This document shows, one piece after another, positions 1 to 4,405 of a DNA stretch of 5,625 nt. A program made the translations under genes and the position numbers. The stretch spans positions 1 through 5,625 of the forward strand of contig JAPYVP010000027.1 of NCBI GenBank assembly GCA_028276785.1. The letters are read 5' to 3'. Below the pieces are notes generated by a model. The model was not told where the DNA came from. It did not search any database and was given only the letters and a program-made list of their open reading frames with translations. The stretch's first letter is position 1; the number at the start of each line of letters is the position of its first letter. The DNA comes from Candidatus Nanopusillus sp. (GTDB lineage Archaea; Nanobdellota; Nanobdellia; Nanobdellales; Nanobdellaceae).

Positions 1-2
1 AT

Positions 3-128
3 GGAGGAGGATTTACAGAACAAATAAAAACATATGTTGAGGAATATTTACCAGTATTTGAATCTCCAGAAGAGGCTGCTAAAGCATTATCATTTTTATT
101 AAGATTAAAGAGAAATAATTGGATATAG
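3..128 (+). CDS. 3' end of an upstream gene, truncated by the window edge. The C-terminal tail is reminiscent of ADP-forming acyl/acetyl-CoA synthetase (succinyl-CoA-synthetase-like) proteins; this call is tentative.
   Basis: Frame 3 is open from the window edge: GGGFTEQIKTYVEEYLPVFESPEEAAKALSFLLRLKRNNWI, with stop TAG at 126-128. The LPVFESPEEAAKAL segment resembles the 'IPVY-x-PE-x-A-x-kAL' tail I recall from that family. Only 41 aa are visible, so the functional call is weak. Confidence 0.45.
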   Translation, partial: GGGFTEQIKTYVEEYLPVFESPEEAAKALSFLLRLKRNNWI

Positions 129-132
129 AATT

Positions 133-140
133 TTTATAAA
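133..140 (+). promoter_or_regulatory. Archaeal-type TATA box (TTTATAAA) for the 162..1370 gene, preceded by a purine-rich BRE-like ATAGAA
   Basis: TTTATAAA is centred about 25 nt upstream of the ATG at 162. There is no GGAGG/GGTG-like ribosome-binding site in between. The geometry fits a leaderless mRNA. Confidence 0.5.
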
Positions 141-161
141 TATTTTCTTTAACGATAATAT

Positions 162-1370
162 ATGAACAAGAAGATATTATTAATTTTATTATCTTTTCTT
201 ATATTTCTATTAAGCAGAAATATTTTCTCTTATCAAATTTATTATTATAATCAAAGTTATATTCCAAATATATCAATTACTCCATATTTATATAATGGAG
301 AATTTTTAGCTGGACAGAATATTACAGGATATGTTTTGGTGCAAAATAATGACCCATATTATTATCCACAAATATTTTTGGGAATAATGTTAGTTAATGA
401 AAATTCATCATTTGGTACTCAAGTATTATTTGCTGAATTAAATATGATATCAAATTTATTTCCATATGAAAATTATACAGTAAATTTTTCATACCAAATT
501 CCAGAAAACATATCTTCAGGAAATTATGAATTATTATTTTATTTATATACTGCTACAAAACATATAATAGGTAATCCGAACAACTTTTCTACACCAATAT
601 ATGAAAATATTTACATAAGTAATCCAAATATTGGTAATTATCCATGGATTGCTATTGTGAGAAATCAGACAGAATTAACAAATAATAATGGAATATTAAA
701 TTTAAACTTGAGTTTATATTCATTATATAATACAAATGCAACAATAAATATTAAACTTGCCGAGTGGGATGCTCTATTATATGGAGCAATATATAATAAT
801 TCTTTTAATGTAGAAGTAAATGATGGGTATAATTATATTTACATAGAAAATATTAATGTATCAAATCTATATCCTGGAATATATTATATTTTAATTGAAT
901 TATATTCTGATAATTTATTACAAGATCTATATATTATACCTTATTATGTTTACGGAAAATCATTATCTTTTAATGGAATATACTTAAATAATAATGGAAC
1001 TTTATTGGTAATTTTATCTACATATCCAAATGATAACAATAATCATAATTTATATAATATTGGACTGACAATATATTCTGATAATCAAAATTTTCAAGAT
1101 TCAATTAATATAGGTAATTTATCATATAATTCCACCGAATATATTTATATTTATGATGATGTTCCAATGATAAATGGAGAAGATTTATGTTTTAACTTAA
1201 CATATCAAAAAGAAATAAATGGACTAACTTATCTTTCAAATATATGTTATACATATTATTTAACAAATCAAACAACAAGTACCTCTTCCAATTATAATAC
1301 AGAAATAAAAGTTTTGATAGTTTTAGTAATAGTTGCTGGTTTAGTTATTTATTTTCTTATCAAAAAATAA
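162..1370 (+). CDS. Secreted, C-terminally membrane-anchored, putatively heavily N-glycosylated surface protein of unknown family. It probably has 2-3 Ig-like/CARDB-like beta-sandwich modules.
   Basis: 402-aa ORF. It has an N-terminal signal peptide (MNKKILLILLSFLIFLLSRNIFS). The C-terminus has a Ser/Thr linker (NQTTSTSS), a TM helix (IKVLIVLVIVAGLVIYFLI) and a KK tail. I hand-counted 18 N-X-S/T sequons. A 'G-x-Y-x-L-x-x-x-LY' strand motif recurs (GNYELLFYLY, PGIYYILIELYSDN, LYNIGLTIYSDN), suggesting repeated beta-sandwich modules. Confidence 0.85.
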   Translation: MNKKILLILLSFLIFLLSRNIFSYQIYYYNQSYIPNISITPYLYNGEFLAGQNITGYVLVQNNDPYYYPQIFLGIMLVNENSSFGTQVLFAELNMISNLFPYENYTVNFSYQIPENISSGNYELLFYLYTATKHIIGNPNNFSTPIYENIYISNPNIGNYPWIAIVRNQTELTNNNGILNLNLSLYSLYNTNATINIKLAEWDALLYGAIYNNSFNVEVNDGYNYIYIENINVSNLYPGIYYILIELYSDNLLQDLYIIPYYVYGKSLSFNGIYLNNNGTLLVILSTYPNDNNNHNLYNIGLTIYSDNQNFQDSINIGNLSYNSTEYIYIYDDVPMINGEDLCFNLTYQKEINGLTYLSNICYTYYLTNQTTSTSSNYNTEIKVLIVLVIVAGLVIYFLIKK

Positions 1371-1378
1371 TAAAAAAT

Positions 1379-1386
1379 TTTATAAA
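1379..1386 (+). promoter_or_regulatory. Archaeal-type TATA box (TTTATAAA) for the 1412..3131 bicistron, preceded by an A-rich BRE-like tract
   Basis: This is the same octamer found upstream of the first gene. It is centred about 29 nt upstream of the ATG at 1412, with no SD-like sequence. Confidence 0.5.
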
Positions 1387-1411
1387 TTATTTTAGATATA
1401 AATATCTTATA

Positions 1412-2041
1412 ATGTTTGATAGGAACAAAAATAAAAGAATTATACTAAGCAAACTATATAGATTTTTAATTATATTTATAATTGCTTTTGCTTATTTATC
1501 TTCTATATATTCTTTATATTCTTTTAGTCCTTCTACTGTACTATGTTCTACAGTTAATAGAGTCTCTACTACTGTCACAAAAACCGTTACATCTAAAGTT
1601 ACTGCTACATATACATCTACAGTTACTAATACAGTTTATACAACAGTTACTAATACAGTATATAATACAGTAACTAGGACAGCAACAGTAACTAATACAG
1701 TATATAATACAGCAACAAACACAGTATATATAATAAATACTATAACGCAAACTGCATATGGTATATCGACTACAACTAGTACATTAACTACTACCTTAAC
1801 TTCAACTGTTTTGGTAACAGCTACAATCACAATAACTACTACATCAGTCGTTTCTACTACAGTTACTACGACAACAACTTCTACAAGTACTGTGTGGAGT
1901 ACGGTATATACAACAACTACTAATACTGTAACAACTACTAGTACAGTTACGACCACATCAACTGTCTATACGACTACAACATCTACTTTAACTTCAACTG
2001 TTACGGCCAAGCAGACTTATTATACTTTAATACAATCATAA
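1412..2041 (+). CDS. Threonine-array protein A. It has an N-terminal signal/anchor helix followed by about 170 aa of Thr/Val/Ser/Tyr/Asn low-complexity T-x-T repeats, and no C-terminal anchor.
   Basis: 209-aa ORF. A basic N-terminus (MFDRNKNKR) precedes a 21-aa hydrophobic segment (RFLIIFIIAFAYLSSIYSLYS). Residues 41-209 contain 77 Thr of 169 (hand count), no Pro, no Asp/Glu and a single Cys (C45). The gene is paralogous at both DNA and protein level to the next gene, which supports it being real rather than a low-complexity artefact. Confidence 0.75.
   Translation: MFDRNKNKRIILSKLYRFLIIFIIAFAYLSSIYSLYSFSPSTVLCSTVNRVSTTVTKTVTSKVTATYTSTVTNTVYTTVTNTVYNTVTRTATVTNTVYNTATNTVYIINTITQTAYGISTTTSTLTTTLTSTVLVTATITITTTSVVSTTVTTTTTSTSTVWSTVYTTTTNTVTTTSTVTTTSTVYTTTTSTLTSTVTAKQTYYTLIQS
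1571..1706 (+). repeat. Copy 1 of a near-identical DNA block shared with 2244..2355
   Basis: Manual alignment: 1571-1635 vs 2244-2308 is 63/65 identical, and 1660-1706 vs 2309-2355 is 44/47 identical. Copy 1 carries an extra 24 nt (1636-1659), which is exactly one 8-codon repeat unit. Confidence 0.9.
1622..1729 (+). repeat. In-frame degenerate 24-bp (8-codon) tandem repeat encoding (V/A)TNTVYxx units
   Basis: Units read ACAGTTACTAATACAGTTTATACA / ACAGTTACTAATACAGTATATAAT / ... and encode VTNTVYTT-VTNTVYNT-VTRTAT-VTNTVYNT-ATNTVYII. That is four full units and one 6-codon variant. Confidence 0.8.
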
Positions 2042-2042
2042 G

Positions 2043-3131
2043 ATGAATATTAATACTAAGATAAAAAAGATTTTAAAATATATGTTAATTTTATTATTAT
2101 TTATAAAAATATTTAATGTTGCTTATAGCAACACTTGTATTACTTATAGTGGTTTAGTCGCTATATGCGTATTTTGTAATTTGGGAGGTGAATGTAGAGG
2201 CTATTGTACATATACAGTAATTGATACAGTCTATAATACTGTTACTGTCACAAAAACCGTTACATCTACAGTTACTGCTACATATACATCTGCAGTTACT
2301 AATACAGTATATAATACAGTAACTAGGACAGCAACAGTCACTAACACAGTCTATACTACAGTTACATCAACAGTAACAAGTACAACTACATCTACTATTT
2401 ATACATCAACATCAACAGTATATACAACGGCAACTACTATCCAAACAGTTACTTCAACAGTTTCTACATCAACAGTTACTTCAACAGTGACTTCTACATC
2501 AACGTTAACTAGCACTCAAACATATACTACAACAGTTACAGGTACAACTACATCAACAATTACTAGTACAGTAACAAATACTCAATATACAACATCAACA
2601 GCTACAACTACTTCCACTATTACAAATTATGTAACTACTACGACAACTACTACTCTTATATATAATTCTATCTTATATTTAAATGGCATTTTAAGTATCA
2701 ATTCTATTAATCAAACTTTCTATAGATCAATTAGCTTTCCTGTGCAGTCTGGAAATACAATATTTTATTTAAATATAACAAATTCTGGTAATGCAACAAT
2801 TAACAATATAACCTTATCTTTTTCAGTTATTGGAAATAGTGTAATTTTATCATATAATAACTTACCTATAACAACTTTAAATAATATTACTATATCTTCT
2901 CCTTTACAACCAAATAACTCATTAATAATACCATTTAATATGCTTGTAATATCTCCAGGTTTAACAAATGTAGATATAAAGGTTTATGTAAATGGACAAT
3001 ATATAGGATATGGAAATTATCAATTTAATGTTGTACTGGGATCTTCTTCACCATCTTTGGTAGTTTCTGAAAATATAAATTATATGTTGGTATCTTTAGC
3101 GGGAATTTTAGGTCTGTTACTATTAATATAA
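2043..3131 (+). CDS. Threonine-array protein B. Domain order: signal peptide, 5-Cys cluster, about 150-aa T-x-T array, sequon-rich CARDB/Ig-like beta-sandwich domain, C-terminal TM anchor.
   Basis: 362-aa ORF whose ATG lies 1 nt after the stop of the previous gene (TAA-G-ATG). The signal peptide is MLILLLFIKIFNVAYS. Cys residues are at 32/42/45/51/55. Residues 56-205 contain 76 Thr of 150 (hand count). Residues ~224-333 (FPVQSGNTIFYLNITNSGNATINNITLSF...DIKVYVNGQYIGYGNYQFNV) resemble the CARDB/NEW3-type 'v-x-v-x-N-x-G-n-a-x-x-x-n-v-x-l' signature. The C-terminal hydrophobic segment is YMLVSLAGILGLLLLI. Confidence 0.85.
   Translation: MNINTKIKKILKYMLILLLFIKIFNVAYSNTCITYSGLVAICVFCNLGGECRGYCTYTVIDTVYNTVTVTKTVTSTVTATYTSAVTNTVYNTVTRTATVTNTVYTTVTSTVTSTTTSTIYTSTSTVYTTATTIQTVTSTVSTSTVTSTVTSTSTLTSTQTYTTTVTGTTTSTITSTVTNTQYTTSTATTTSTITNYVTTTTTTTLIYNSILYLNGILSINSINQTFYRSISFPVQSGNTIFYLNITNSGNATINNITLSFSVIGNSVILSYNNLPITTLNNITISSPLQPNNSLIIPFNMLVISPGLTNVDIKVYVNGQYIGYGNYQFNVVLGSSSPSLVVSENINYMLVSLAGILGLLLLI
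2244..2355 (+). repeat. Copy 2 of the near-identical DNA block shared with 1571..1706
   Basis: See copy 1. There are five substitutions in total. Three are synonymous third-position changes (GTA/GTC, AAT/AAC, GTA/GTC). Two are nonsynonymous (AAA Lys vs ACA Thr; ACA Thr vs GCA Ala). Confidence 0.9.
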
Positions 3132-3143
3132 AATAACAAATTG

Positions 3144-3151
3144 TTTAAAAA
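3144..3151 (+). promoter_or_regulatory. TATA-like box (TTTAAAAA) for the 3173..4366 gene
   Basis: Centred about 25 nt upstream of the ATG at 3173 within a 41-nt spacer. No SD-like sequence is present. Confidence 0.4.
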
Positions 3152-3172
3152 AATTATTATAATTATTATTTT

Positions 3173-4366
3173 ATGAATATGAGAAATATATTTGTATTAT
3201 TAATAATTATTGTAATAATTTTTGGAATAATACATTATTTGGGTTATCAAAATAGAACATATGGTAATGGAAATATATTAAAATTAGTAATATATAATCC
3301 AACAAACTGTACAGTTTTTTCACCATTTCAACAAGAAATATATATAAATAGTTCTATAATGAATGAATATAGAATAAATGAAAATGGATCAAATGTTTTC
3401 TTCTTTACAAATTTAGGTAATATTACAGGATCAATTTTATATTCTTGGTTTGCAGGATACTATAATAATTATTCTGTTTGGTGGGTAAGGTTACCAACTC
3501 CAATCTCTCCATATTCAAATATTACAATATACATGTATATAGGATCTGAAGGGGAAAATTATTACGAAGAATATTCTCCTTATGTTGGTATTTCATCTTA
3601 TGTATATAATAATTATAGTTGGGGACCTTTAAGTATTTATGATAATGGACAATTTGTATTTGATTTCTATGGTTGGTTCTATGATACAAAAGATAATTGG
3701 ATCTTAAATGTCGAAAATGGAAATTATTTCCCAACTCCAACTATTAATGGAATTGAAATGATAAATTATTCATTATCTCAAGGATCTTACATAGAACCTC
3801 CAAATGATGGAAATATTCCAAATATACCAATAATTATAGAGGAAGGATGGTATTATAATGGAGAAGCTGACGCAAATGTAATTTCAATGTATGGTGGAAA
3901 ATCGGTTACATATGCAGCAGGAGTAAATATGTTTGGAGGATATACACCAACATTATTAGATTCTATATTTGTACAATATGAATATTATAATTTACAACCC
4001 TCAATATATATTTCTTATGCTAACGAAGAAGCTCCCATACAATTATATGAAGGACCATTTATAAATAAAAATCAGTCATATGTTTTTTCATACTTTTTAG
4101 TTGACTTTTGCAATAATACATATATACAGGCCGGATATCTTGCGTTGAATAATACTCCGCCAATTTCTCTATTAGGAACCTTAGAAAATACCAACCAAAC
4201 TATAAAAATAGGAATTGATAGAAACATTTTATCAGGAGATTACTTTTCCATTAATTCTGGAAGTGGTTCCCAATCAACATCTTCACAATCTATATATTGG
4301 GTTGTTGGAAGAACATATCCACCAGATGGGATTATGCCAGAAGTTTATATAGAAAGTTTATCATAA
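3173..4366 (+). CDS. N-terminally anchored extracellular protein with a DUF2341-like segment, probably followed by a concanavalin/LamG-like beta-sandwich. Putative glycan-binding or surface-assembly protein.
   Basis: 397-aa ORF with a single N-terminal TM helix (NIFVLLIIIVIIFGIIHYLG). The segment NENGSNVFFFTNLGNITGSILYSWFAGYYNNYSVWWVRLPTPISPYSNITIYMYIGSEG matches my recollection of the DUF2341 pattern (dGsDirF...Lpyeie...a-vWVkvP-l-a-s-ttIymYyGn). I hand-counted 13 N-X-S/T sequons. The domain call rests on memory of the family, not a search. Confidence 0.8.
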   Translation: MNMRNIFVLLIIIVIIFGIIHYLGYQNRTYGNGNILKLVIYNPTNCTVFSPFQQEIYINSSIMNEYRINENGSNVFFFTNLGNITGSILYSWFAGYYNNYSVWWVRLPTPISPYSNITIYMYIGSEGENYYEEYSPYVGISSYVYNNYSWGPLSIYDNGQFVFDFYGWFYDTKDNWILNVENGNYFPTPTINGIEMINYSLSQGSYIEPPNDGNIPNIPIIIEEGWYYNGEADANVISMYGGKSVTYAAGVNMFGGYTPTLLDSIFVQYEYYNLQPSIYISYANEEAPIQLYEGPFINKNQSYVFSYFLVDFCNNTYIQAGYLALNNTPPISLLGTLENTNQTIKIGIDRNILSGDYFSINSGSGSQSTSSQSIYWVVGRTYPPDGIMPEVYIESLS

Positions 4367-4375
4367 ATAATCTAA

Positions 4376-4391
4376 CTTTTTAAATCTTTTT
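4376..4391 (+). terminator. Two oligo-T tracts (CTTTTTAA x2, 10-nt period) downstream of the 3173..4366 gene. Candidate archaeal intrinsic terminator.
   Basis: CTTTTTAA occurs at 4376-4383 and again at 4386-4393, starting 10 nt after the stop at 4364-4366. Archaeal RNA polymerase terminates at T-runs. The AT-rich background makes this weak evidence. Confidence 0.3.
4377..4385 (+). promoter_or_regulatory. TATA-like box (TTTTTAAAT) for the glycosyltransferase gene
   Basis: Centred about 25 nt upstream of the ATG at 4406 with no SD-like sequence. It overlaps the T-tract terminator candidate. Confidence 0.4.
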
Positions 4392-4405
4392 AAGATAGAT
4401 CAATA

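Noticed and set aside
1412-1531. N-terminus of ORF2 as an archaeal type IV pilin/archaellin-like class III signal peptide
   Set aside because: There is no (K/R)-(G/A/S) prepilin-peptidase cleavage motif immediately before the hydrophobic stretch. The charged region is long (about 16 aa) and ends in LYRF. The rest of the protein does not resemble pilin globular domains.
1622-1729. 24-bp direct repeats as a possible CRISPR array or minisatellite
   Set aside because: The repeats are contiguous with no unique spacers. They are degenerate, in frame, and translate into the VTNTVYxx octad of a protein with a clear signal sequence. They are a coding tandem repeat, not a CRISPR array.
1482-1956. Three overlapping ORFs inside the Thr-array gene: 1482..1673 (+, Leu/Ile-rich), 1541..1750 (-, Cys/Ile-rich) and 1636..1956 (-, Val-rich)
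   Set aside because: They are by-products of the ACN/GTN codon periodicity of a Thr/Val repeat, which removes stop codons from the other frames. Their translations are compositionally absurd and have no start context, promoter or signal. The frame encoding the Thr array is supported by an N-terminal signal/anchor and by the paralogue at 2043..3131.
1532-2657. T-x-T arrays as antifreeze or ice-binding proteins, by analogy with insect TxT beta-solenoids
   Set aside because: The regular 12-15-residue coil repeat with Cys or other capping residues seen in known ice-binding solenoids is not evident. The GC-rich tRNA stem in an AT-rich genome points to a thermophile. The idea is kept only as a structural analogy (flat Thr ladder), not a function.
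2127-2657. Cys cluster plus Ser/Thr-rich sequence as a lanthipeptide/RiPP precursor
   Set aside because: The protein is 362 aa with a Sec-type signal peptide, a folded C-terminal domain and a TM anchor. No dehydratase, cyclase or peptidase genes are present in the window.
3522-3740. 72-aa antisense ORF within the 3173..4366 gene
   Set aside because: It is short and lies entirely inside a well-supported longer ORF on the opposite strand. It has no promoter-like box at the right distance and no recognisable features.
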